Part shown: positions 37,823-45,421 of the stretch, one piece after another
Layout: each line of letters starts with the position of its first letter
Numbering within the stretch: the stretch's first letter is position 1
IMG/VR virus record: IMGVR_UViG_3300030107_003883
Span: 1 to 56,206 of that record
Source: a virus
Taxonomy: Duplodnaviria; Caudoviricetes
Strand: one strand, 5' to 3'
Length of the DNA stretch: 56,206 nt
Position numbers and translations under genes: made by a program
The notes under the pieces: generated by a model
The model's input: the letters and a program-made list of their open reading frames with translations, nothing else
Told to the model about the DNA's origin: nothing
The model's database searches: none

Positions 37823-38476
37823 TCATATCTTTCTTAGCATCATAGTAGGAAAATGAAAGCTAAAGTTACTATTAAACGGTTCATCGGTTATGAACTTGCG
37901 AACGGAATTAGCAATAAAGCTTCCACTCATATTTGAGCAGTAACTTGTTGCTTTAGCGTTGCAAGGCTCCTCATCCCCTTGTTCATCAGAGTACCAATGT
38001 TTTTTATATTCAGCAAGTGTTGGCTTTTTGAATATATATTGTTGATAGTGTTCAGCTCCCATTCTCCCGTCTATGATGCATTTTGGCTTAGTCGTAGGGT
38101 TAGAGCATATTGTAGTGACCGCTTCCAACCTTGACCCCATCGAATCAAACCCTAGTATGACTATGTCATTATGATCCTGGAAATAGAATGTATCAAAGTC
38201 ACCATGATGAGTATCTATTACAAGTTCTCGACTTATATTTAATAAATGGCTCTTCAAAGCATTAACTTTGTTACTGCCAATATCTCCTTGAGTATACTGA
38301 GATACTCCGATATTAACATCTTCTACTATATCACGATCATATAGATGAAAATATAGTCCACCCATACGTGCCAATTGAGTGGCTGCGGCACTCCCGATAG
38401 CACCGCAACCTAGTATATGAAATGTGTAGTCATATACCCCTGTGAATAATCCTTCATTTCTTGCTGTTAAGCTCAT
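37823..38476 (-). CDS. E1/ThiF-family ubiquitin-like activating enzyme (start likely 38476)
   Basis: ILGCGAIGS, YDRDIVEDVN, KVNAL, GFDS and DGRMG motifs; candidate catalytic Cys in EEPCNAKAT; ATGA overlap with the JAB gene. Confidence 0.92.
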   Translation of the reverse strand: MSLTARNEGLFTGVYDYTFHILGCGAIGSAAATQLARMGGLYFHLYDRDIVEDVNIGVSQYTQGDIGSNKVNALKSHLLNISRELVIDTHHGDFDTFYFQDHNDIVILGFDSMGSRLEAVTTICSNPTTKPKCIIDGRMGAEHYQQYIFKKPTLAEYKKHWYSDEQGDEEPCNAKATSYCSNMSGSFIANSVRKFITDEPFNSNFSFHFPTMMLRKI

Positions 38477-39384
38477 ACTCCATACCCCCATCCTATACCA
38501 GCTTGATCTAATGTGTCGCCTGTTTGCTTATTTACAACAAAGTCTGATGGCATAGCATGTAATAAAGATTCAAGAGCATTTTCTACTACAAGAGTTACTT
38601 CATATATACTTTTACTATCTACAAGCTCTTTATTTAAATCATCTATTGACATTTTATAAGCTGCATAAGTCATTGATCCTGCTACTACTTCAGATATAAC
38701 CTCGTCAACTTCTTCAAGGATTTCGAAATATGTCTTTGGCTTACCAGACAAGCCTGTCTGACCAGCTGTGGTATGAAAAGGGAGTCGCTCTTGGCGAGGG
38801 TCCTCCGCAGCTTCTTTAAGCAGATCAGTATGATTTCCATTATTCTTTCTCCATGAATAACCTGTATATGTAGGAACTTTATATTCAGGCTTAGTACACA
38901 TTGCTGCTACATTCTCTTTAATCTTTTTGCTTATACGTGCTTTAGGATTAATTATAGTTAGATCAACATCTTCATGTACTTCTACAGGCTTCCATACAGA
39001 TACTCTAAACTTATATTCTTCCTTAAGGTTAACAACTAAGGCAAATGAGAAATCTCCTTGATCATATTCTTTTATAGCTGTTAAATCTGTGCCAGACCAG
39101 AATGCGTTCATTGTATGATGACTATGCCACCAACAAAATCTAAAGTTCTTTTTACCCAATCTTTTAGCCTCTTTAGTATAATATATAGCTAGCTCATCTT
39201 TATCAAGTACAGTATTCCCAGCGCTTATAACTTGCTTAAGTATTACAGGGTTTTCTAAATGCCAATCACCATCTTTATCTTCTACCATTACAGACATTCC
39301 ACCTATTTCAGATTGATGCTCTGTATGGGCTTCTTCTGCGTATCCCAGGATAGTATCCCAGTCTTTCTGTTTTATGTAAAACAT
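38473..39384 (-). CDS. JAB/JAMM (MPN+) metalloisopeptidase
   Basis: Complete JAMM motif E26...H87-x-H89-x7-S97-x2-D100. Confidence 0.9.
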   Translation of the reverse strand: MFYIKQKDWDTILGYAEEAHTEHQSEIGGMSVMVEDKDGDWHLENPVILKQVISAGNTVLDKDELAIYYTKEAKRLGKKNFRFCWWHSHHTMNAFWSGTDLTAIKEYDQGDFSFALVVNLKEEYKFRVSVWKPVEVHEDVDLTIINPKARISKKIKENVAAMCTKPEYKVPTYTGYSWRKNNGNHTDLLKEAAEDPRQERLPFHTTAGQTGLSGKPKTYFEILEEVDEVISEVVAGSMTYAAYKMSIDDLNKELVDSKSIYEVTLVVENALESLLHAMPSDFVVNKQTGDTLDQAGIGWGYGV

Positions 39385-39412
39385 ATGTGTCTCCTTTTAT
39401 TTTATAATTTTA

Positions 39413-39534
39413 TGAGGGAAGCTATACTGCTTACGTTTCTCGGTGTCCACAGCTCCAATTAACTTCCCTCAACCATTTAGGCTAATCTAACCTTGGAGAG
39501 GAAATTCCGACGTTTTCTCTAGATTAGACCCAAA
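39413..39534 (-). ncRNA. Two intergenic stem-loops between the E2 and JAB genes
   Basis: tgagggaag/cttccctca (39413-39471) and ctaatcta/tagattag stems. Confidence 0.45.
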
Positions 39535-39535
39535 T

Positions 39536-41548
39536 CTATAAGTTATTTGCACTACCATTTCTAATAGCCCATTGAATAGTTCTTTCTTCTATTGTCATTT
39601 CTGCTTCAGGTGTTGTTGTTTGAACAGGTGTACGAGGAACAGATGTCGCAAAAGGATCATCATCTATTAAAGTATCCAAAGGGTCAAATGGAGTTCGATC
39701 TAATATATCATTAGCTTCTTGCTCTATTTGATTTATTTGATCTTGAGTTAGCTCAGGATTATCAGGTACAGGTGGAAGTTCAACGTTATAACCTATTACA
39801 TTCTCTCTATTCCATTCAAAATCACTTGTAAGATCTAAGTATACATTTTCATAGAAATGTTCAAAGTTAACAATAGGCATATTGCAAAGATTTCTTAGCT
39901 TTCTTCTATAAGTAGGTGTATCTTCTAATTCACCACCTGGCTCTCTACCTTCTTTAGCAAGCCATCTTATAATAACCCTATGCATTCTGATATAGTTATT
40001 ATATGAATCAAATATTCGCTCTCTAGTACGTGGAGTTGTCCATAAGCTATCTTCAATAGAATCTATATAGACATCATTCTCAGTAGACAGTATATTATCT
40101 TTAATAGAAAGTTCTAGCATTATACCAAGAATACCTTCTTCTTCAGGTGTCTTATCATCCTTTAATGTAAGAGATATGTTATTATACTGCTCACAATTAG
40201 TGTTAAAAGTACACTTTGCACATGGAAGATTAGCATCAGTTATATGATTATAATATTCTAATTTTCTATTTAAATATTCTTCAGCACCTATAGTATAACT
40301 ATTAGTATTGCTTATACGATAGCTATGATAAAATACATTTCTAGCATGATCATGTGCTTCATCAAATAACTTGCGACTTAAGTTACAACTTAACAATGTA
40401 TTATAAGTATAATTGCCATTTCCTTCAAAGAATGTTCTATATACAATATCATTATCACCTGATTCTGTTAAGAATGTATCAAATACTATGTTTCTGCCAT
40501 GAGACTTACTATAACTTATCCTATTTAAAGGATTAGTTTGAGGTACATAATAGTTTGTAGCCCATCCTACAAGAGTAGTTATATGTGCTAATATATCTAC
40601 ATTCATAATAGAAGCCCTTATTGCATTTTTCATACTGCCAAGACATACATTACCAGATTTTACATCATCACCAGCATAGTATCTATATTTATCATCACCT
40701 TGACTTATATATGGATGTCTATTTAGTCCAAAAGAATCTAAATATAAAGCTTCTAAGAAATGAGTTGCATTACTAGGAGGTGCAGCTTGCAAGAACTCTT
40801 CTCTTCCCCAATGTCTACTTATCAATGGTAATAAGAATACTCCTGATGCAATATATACGTCACCTATAGTATGGTTAAATCTTTTAGTTTCATTTCCTAT
40901 TATTATATGAGTACGCATATTTGCATTCTTTATTTTTACCATAAATAATACAATATAATCCCTTGTTTCAGATACATCACTAGGACCTATAAAATGAGCA
41001 TTGCCTCCATAGCTATATTGTCTTCTTAACATAGCTTTATTAGCACAAGTTTCCATTACTCTACATTGTATTTCTACATGAGGATACATCTCTTTAGCTA
41101 CCTCTAACTGACTGATAATACTAGACTTAACCTTGTCAAACTCTTCTTCAAATTGATCTGTATTATCCTGCCATTTGATGCCGTTAGACTTTAAGTCCTT
41201 TAGTTTATATTCAAGGCTTAACAAGCTTGATTTAAAACCAGACTCTCTCCATCTATAGTCTTGTATTCTTTTAAAGATAGACTCTACACCTCTTGGCTTC
41301 ATATCGTGCCTTAATACATGTTCGTTATAGGCTCTTTTTATTTCATTATAACCACCAGGTTTTAGAGTAAAGCTTTTAGATACACCTAAATTACAGTTAT
41401 ATCTTTCTTTTAATGTTTCTAAAGCCTCAATAATTTCTCCTTGAGGTCCTACAAGTATATTATCAATCAACTCAGACACATTACATTCAAATGTTTCTAT
41501 GTCCACAGAGTTTGCTTCTATCATTTTAAAATTCATTGTTGTCTCCAA
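39536..41548 (-). CDS. Large multidomain protein with a prokaryotic E2 (ubiquitin-conjugating)-like core
   Basis: H278-P-Y-I-S...G-N-V-C302-L-G followed by two helices; located between Ubl and JAB. Confidence 0.65.
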   Translation of the reverse strand: METTMNFKMIEANSVDIETFECNVSELIDNILVGPQGEIIEALETLKERYNCNLGVSKSFTLKPGGYNEIKRAYNEHVLRHDMKPRGVESIFKRIQDYRWRESGFKSSLLSLEYKLKDLKSNGIKWQDNTDQFEEEFDKVKSSIISQLEVAKEMYPHVEIQCRVMETCANKAMLRRQYSYGGNAHFIGPSDVSETRDYIVLFMVKIKNANMRTHIIIGNETKRFNHTIGDVYIASGVFLLPLISRHWGREEFLQAAPPSNATHFLEALYLDSFGLNRHPYISQGDDKYRYYAGDDVKSGNVCLGSMKNAIRASIMNVDILAHITTLVGWATNYYVPQTNPLNRISYSKSHGRNIVFDTFLTESGDNDIVYRTFFEGNGNYTYNTLLSCNLSRKLFDEAHDHARNVFYHSYRISNTNSYTIGAEEYLNRKLEYYNHITDANLPCAKCTFNTNCEQYNNISLTLKDDKTPEEEGILGIMLELSIKDNILSTENDVYIDSIEDSLWTTPRTRERIFDSYNNYIRMHRVIIRWLAKEGREPGGELEDTPTYRRKLRNLCNMPIVNFEHFYENVYLDLTSDFEWNRENVIGYNVELPPVPDNPELTQDQINQIEQEANDILDRTPFDPLDTLIDDDPFATSVPRTPVQTTTPEAEMTIEERTIQWAIRNGSANNL

Positions 41549-41645
41549 GTTATAATGGGGTAAAATATTACAATTCAGTTAGGCTTGCATAAAAGGAGCT
41601 TTATCCCGAGCATTGACCACCTTACCCCATAATTGTTATAATATC

Positions 41646-41852
41646 TTACTGACCACCAGTCTTATTACTATTTACATTAGCAACAATGTCCCCATCTTGC
41701 AATTGATAGTCATCTGACTGATCTGTTGCATTTACAGCTACACTTGACCCAGCAGGCATATCAAGTTCAGTTCTTAATGAGCCTATAGTTTGACTAGTTA
41801 CTACTTTTTCAACGAATCCACCGCCACTAAGTACTTTTATTGTTATTGACAT
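41646..41852 (-). CDS. Ubiquitin-like beta-grasp protein with capped C-terminus (...KTGG-Q)
   Basis: 68 aa; ITIKVL...TIGSLRTEL...VAVN...YQLQDGDIV...GGQ; AAGGAGG RBS. Confidence 0.85.
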   Translation of the reverse strand: MSITIKVLSGGGFVEKVVTSQTIGSLRTELDMPAGSSVAVNATDQSDDYQLQDGDIVANVNSNKTGGQ

Positions 41853-42035
41853 TTAAGCCTCCTTATTGATTGTTTCTTTATTACGAAGCGCTTTCCATGC
41901 ACTCTTAGGCATATATTTCGCTTCCTGTTTATTTACTACCTTCTCAGCGTCTTCATCACGTACCCGCAGCAATGTACCTACAGGTAATCGCTTCCAATAC
42001 TGTGAATTTTCTACTACAGTTTTAATTGTTTTCAT
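41853..42035 (-). CDS. Hypothetical protein
   Basis: GGAGG RBS; LRVRDEDAEKVV...YMPKSAWK. Confidence 0.65.
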   Translation of the reverse strand: MKTIKTVVENSQYWKRLPVGTLLRVRDEDAEKVVNKQEAKYMPKSAWKALRNKETINKEA

Positions 42036-42105
42036 TTATTGCCTCCAGTTATAGTAGACCTGCCAACTCCTTACGAATCAGCAGGCCTACATGAGAAGTG
42101 GTCAA

Positions 42106-42594
42106 CTACTCTTCATCCACACTAGGATAAGTACATTCTTTTGTCCAGGTATTGGGATCGCCTAGTCCATCTCCATCAAGATCAAGGTACCACATTGTTG
42201 GTCCCTCGCCATTACAGACCCCACATTCATCTCGCCAGTTTTCATAGCAAGTATCATCTTTATCATCAGAGTTTGTGACCCATCTTCCTCTTTCGAGTGG
42301 TTGACTTACATGGAGATCAGTGGTATATTCGTCACCATTCCACCAAAATGTATGTCCCTCACCCTTAGCACGATGTTGTATTCTGAACGCTTCAACAAAT
42401 GGCATATCATCCAAGTTTATCTGTACAGGATCAACGTGCGTATATTTAAACATAGAGTGATCAATTACAGGCTCTTCTTCCATTTGTTTAGCCTTATTTA
42501 ACACTCTGTTAGTTATATTACTGTTATCTTTTGCTTCAACATCACTACATCCCACAAATATCATCATTACTATCATTAATAGATTGCTTCTCAT
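42106..42594 (-). CDS. Lipoprotein with Cys/Asp-rich metal-binding-like tail
   Basis: Signal peptide with lipobox FVG-C; FVEAF...FWWNGDEYTTD domain; DECGVC and WYLDLDGDGLGDP. Confidence 0.7.
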   Translation of the reverse strand: MRSNLLMIVMMIFVGCSDVEAKDNSNITNRVLNKAKQMEEEPVIDHSMFKYTHVDPVQINLDDMPFVEAFRIQHRAKGEGHTFWWNGDEYTTDLHVSQPLERGRWVTNSDDKDDTCYENWRDECGVCNGEGPTMWYLDLDGDGLGDPNTWTKECTYPSVDEE

Positions 42595-42715
42595 TCTTAT
42601 CTCCAGTTTTATTTATTATATTGTTAATTGAATTAAGCATATTCTTAGTCTTGATATACTCTTTGTACATCTCCTCTTCAAACTTGCTTACAGGTACTAC
42701 AAGTGGCTCTTTCAT
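42545..42715 (-). CDS. Hypothetical 56-aa protein (not in ORF track)
   Basis: ATGA coupling; fills the gap. Confidence 0.5.
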   Translation of the reverse strand: MKEPLVVPVSKFEEEMYKEYIKTKNMLNSINNIINKTGDKNEKQSINDSNDDICGM

Positions 42716-42906
42716 AGCACATCATATGGTCTAGGAAAATTAAGCTCAAAGGTTGTTAGATTACCTTTAGGATCTACATCTCCCCAAGCCTTATAATAAC
42801 ACAGTCCAAAGAACCATATTCTAATTTGCGATCCCATTAGCTGGTCGTTTATAAAGCCGTCCACTCCCAGGACTACGCGGTTCATCAAGATTAAATACAT
42901 CTTCAT
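42712..42906 (-). CDS. Hypothetical protein
   Basis: AGGAGGAG RBS; ATGA coupling. Confidence 0.6.
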   Translation of the reverse strand: MKMYLILMNRVVLGVDGFINDQLMGSQIRIWFFGLCYYKAWGDVDPKGNLTTFELNFPRPYDVL

Positions 42907-43253
42907 TCTCCTCCTTCATGTCTAGTATTGCCATTATTTTGCACTCTAGGTGTAATAACTGTTCCATTACCGTTAGTTTTAATTTGCTTTGCTCCAAGTT
43001 GTCTCCTTTTCATTGCAGTTTTAAGCTTATCTGACCGTGTCTTATGAGCATTATATGTTAATTTAGCATCATATACTACTGACAGTTTAGCTAAGCGTTC
43101 TTGTGTGATTTTGATTAGTTTCTCTGTAACCTCTATACCATTCTCAGTCTTGTTACCTATCCCTATCTTAACAAACTTATTTAACTGTTCTTGGTAGAAG
43201 TTTACAACCCATAACTTTGACCCATTTATTGCTATATCCATTAGTATCCCCAT
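42903..43253 (-). CDS. Hypothetical basic protein
   Basis: Coupled ORF in the early block. Confidence 0.6.
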   Translation of the reverse strand: MGILMDIAINGSKLWVVNFYQEQLNKFVKIGIGNKTENGIEVTEKLIKITQERLAKLSVVYDAKLTYNAHKTRSDKLKTAMKRRQLGAKQIKTNGNGTVITPRVQNNGNTRHEGGE

Positions 43254-43360
43254 ATATATCTATGTGTTTCCATTACAAACCGTATCAAGGCATAAACCAT
43301 GACACCTAAGGACATGCCATAAATTATGACAGTCCAAAACATTTTATCACTCTTCTTCAT
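43241..43360 (-). CDS. Small membrane peptide (39 aa; not in ORF track)
   Basis: MKKSDKMFWTVIIYGMSLGVMVYALIRFV...; ATGA coupling. Confidence 0.55.
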   Translation of the reverse strand: MKKSDKMFWTVIIYGMSLGVMVYALIRFVMETHRYIWGY

Positions 43361-43497
43361 AACACTACCTTAACCCATATCGCTATCGTAAATGATAACA
43401 GTATATTCATAAAGAACACAGCTATAAATCCTACTGGTTCTCTTTCTTCTTTAGTAAATAACCATTCATAAACTACATTTAATTTCTCTAGTATCAT
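43357..43497 (-). CDS. Small membrane peptide (46 aa; not in ORF track)
   Basis: GGAGG RBS; C-terminal TM segment VGFIAVFFMNILLSFTIAIWV. Confidence 0.6.
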   Translation of the reverse strand: MILEKLNVVYEWLFTKEEREPVGFIAVFFMNILLSFTIAIWVKVVL

Positions 43498-43532
43498 TGA
43501 TACCTCCATATTTATTGTTAGTGTGAATTTAA

Positions 43533-43889
43533 TAAGAGAGTCGTCAATATCCTTACTTCATTGTGCTTTTATTGTCACCTAGGGCTTACACCTAGCTATC
43601 CATGACGGTAATACACAAATGGCTTGACCCTTCCATTACTCTCTTAAATTATACATAGTAGAGGTGAAGTAGGGTTCATCATCATACAAGGCTCCGTTCC
43701 CTTTCGCTTGCCAGCTAATCGTTCACTACCAAGTATTTTTACCTCTTACAGGGGTTAACCTGATTCCGTACCCAAAAGAGGACTATGTAATTCAATTATA
43801 GACTATACGTACACGACTGGTGCTTTTCAACCCAGTCCACCACATTCCTACCACTAACCATCTTAACGATGTTCCCTCTGTATAATCTA
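43533..43889 (-). ncRNA. Three consecutive multibranch structured RNA elements downstream of the tRNA
   Basis: Closing stems taagagagt/actctctta (43533-43646), tacatagt/actatgta (43652-43789) and tagactatac/gtataatcta (43799-43889), each with internal hairpins. Confidence 0.55.
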
Positions 43890-43902
43890 ATGTTAATTGT
43901 TG

Positions 43903-43975
43903 AGGCGGTGACAGGAGTCGAACCTGCTATCTCTTGGTTATGAGCCAAGCGTGTAAACCATTTCACTCCACCGCT
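43903..43975 (-). tRNA. tRNA-Met (anticodon CAT); initiator, elongator or Ile2 identity unresolved
   Basis: AGCGGTG..CACCGCC acceptor with A1:C72 mismatch; CTTGG-CTCATAA-CCAAG anticodon arm; GCAGG-TTCGACT-CCTGT T arm; CCA not encoded. Confidence 0.85.
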
Positions 43976-43985
43976 ATTGAATGTT

Positions 43986-44058
43986 TGATAGGCAGTCCAG
44001 TACTCAGGGGGAGCTGAATACAACGTGGTTCATTACTCCACTATAGACCACCATATCA
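43986..44058 (-). ncRNA. Three-way-junction RNA element upstream of the tRNA
   Basis: Minus strand: ugaua-u-gguggucu.../...gacugcc-uauca closing stem, gugg/ccac hairpin and guauucag/cugaguac hairpin, with several G-U pairs. Confidence 0.5.
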
Positions 44059-44135
44059 GGTCACAAGGGAACACATCCCAATCCTATAAGTTTATGTGTA
44101 TGTTCATTCTAATAGAGACACACACACCCATACAT

Positions 44136-44165
44136 GTAATAAGGGGAGAATTAACTCCCCATTAC
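44136..44165 (-). terminator. Hairpin after the first early gene
   Basis: gtaat-ggggag/ctcccc-attac stem just after the stop at 44170. Confidence 0.45.
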
Positions 44166-44169
44166 ACTA

Positions 44170-44481
44170 CTAAACCTCCACTCTACGTCTTAAACTATCA
44201 TTTTCTGCCTTTAACCTTGCAAGCTCATCCTTGGTATCATCTGATGTAGACTTAATTTCCCTCATCACTGCACCAATGTCAGTCAATGCCGCTGCTAAGT
44301 TAGCCTTAGTCTCTACCTTCTCTAATGTTTGTGCTACCAATGCCATCTCTTGCACCCTACCTGATGCTGCCAATGCTACCATCACAGACTCCATTGCGTC
44401 TCTGTTCTCAGGCTTCATGTCTATGCTATCAGTCTTACCAATACTCTTGCTTGCACCAGCTATATCTTTCCAGTTAGCCAT
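44170..44481 (-). CDS. First gene of the leftward block; helical/coiled-coil hypothetical protein
   Basis: AAGGAG RBS; 103 aa. Confidence 0.75.
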   Translation of the reverse strand: MANWKDIAGASKSIGKTDSIDMKPENRDAMESVMVALAASGRVQEMALVAQTLEKVETKANLAAALTDIGAVMREIKSTSDDTKDELARLKAENDSLRRRVEV

Positions 44482-44651
44482 CTTCTTTACTCCTTAAGTT
44501 TCTAGTTTTAGTTTACACTTCATAAATAACCTCTATATTGAAATCAAAAATAACGTAATCGTGATAACGTTCAATCACCCCATAGGGGTGTACCTCTTCT
44601 AAAAGACCACACGATAAAATGCCACAATTTTTAAAAGTTTTTCTAAAAAGC

Positions 44652-44681
44652 TTGATAGGAGGTGTAAATACCCTGTATATT
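44652..44681 (+). promoter_or_regulatory. Sigma70-type promoter, rightward block
   Basis: TTGATA-18-TATATT upstream of 44717. Confidence 0.45.
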
Positions 44682-44716
44682 GTGATGTAAAACACAAAGC
44701 TATTATTGGGAGTATA

Positions 44717-44986
44717 ATGAAGACTAAGAAAATAACATATAGGCAGTTAATGGACTATATAGAGCAGTTAGAGTTACAGGTTCAGAACAATCAAAAGGCA
44801 GTATATGATGTATCTGGGCTGTTAAATGAGTACGTAGAAATGAAGAAAGATGTTAAGAAACTACAGAATCATATGCAAAAGCGTTTTGGATCTGATGCAG
44901 AGATTCCGACTCGTTGGTCGGTATTTTCTAAGTTCATAAAAAACAAGTACTTACAGCTTAAGAAAGTTCTTGTATTTGGAAAATAA
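44717..44986 (+). CDS. Hypothetical protein
   Basis: GGGAG RBS; 89 aa. Confidence 0.7.
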   Translation: MKTKKITYRQLMDYIEQLELQVQNNQKAVYDVSGLLNEYVEMKKDVKKLQNHMQKRFGSDAEIPTRWSVFSKFIKNKYLQLKKVLVFGK

Positions 44987-44998
44987 ACCTAGTAAACT
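44970..44998 (+). promoter_or_regulatory. Sigma70-type promoter
   Basis: TTGTAT-17-TAAACT upstream of the AAGGAGG RBS of 45035. Confidence 0.5.
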
Positions 44999-45034
44999 AC
45001 TACTAGTAACTACGCTTAATATAAAGGAGGTCAC

Positions 45035-45220
45035 ATGAAAGTTTATACTTTAACAATAGTGTATGATGATGAGACTGATGAGATAGAGTATTTAAGCGAG
45101 GAGATTGAAGGTAGCGCAGAAAGCATTCTTGAGGAATGTGGCGCTATAACAAGGGGAGACGAAAACGATAGCGATGAAATAGAGATTAGTACAGGCTTCA
45201 ACATAATAGGAGAAGCTTAA
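45035..45220 (+). CDS. Small, highly acidic protein
   Basis: AAGGAGG RBS; D/E-rich, 61 aa. Confidence 0.7.
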   Translation: MKVYTLTIVYDDETDEIEYLSEEIEGSAESILEECGAITRGDENDSDEIEISTGFNIIGEA

Positions 45221-45259
45221 TAAAACGCTAAAGCGTTTTGATTCTCGAAAGGATAAAGA

Positions 45260-45421
45260 GTGGAGAAAGAAAAGGATGAATCTCGTAGTGGAGGTCTTGG
45301 GGACACTCTTGCGAGAGTTATTCATAGTACTACTGGCATTAAGCCTTGTGATAATTGTACTAGGCGTAAAGAAAAATTAAATAAATGGTTCCCATATACT
45401 AAAAGGAGTGTTGACACATGA
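45260..45421 (+). CDS. Small conserved-type phage protein (GLGDT...CxxC..RKEKLN..FPY; 53 aa; not in ORF track)
   Basis: AAGGA RBS + GTG; ATGA overlap with the next ORF. Confidence 0.65.
   Translation: MEKEKDESRSGGLGDTLARVIHSTTGIKPCDNCTRRKEKLNKWFPYTKRSVDT

Noticed and set aside
43577-43597. cuagg-uguaagc-ccuag resembles twister/pistol ribozyme loops
   Set aside because: Loop length and the other conserved core nucleotides do not match
43796-44249. ORF-track ORFs across the tRNA and RNA array
   Set aside because: They overlap the tRNA and stems, lack an RBS and have atypical composition
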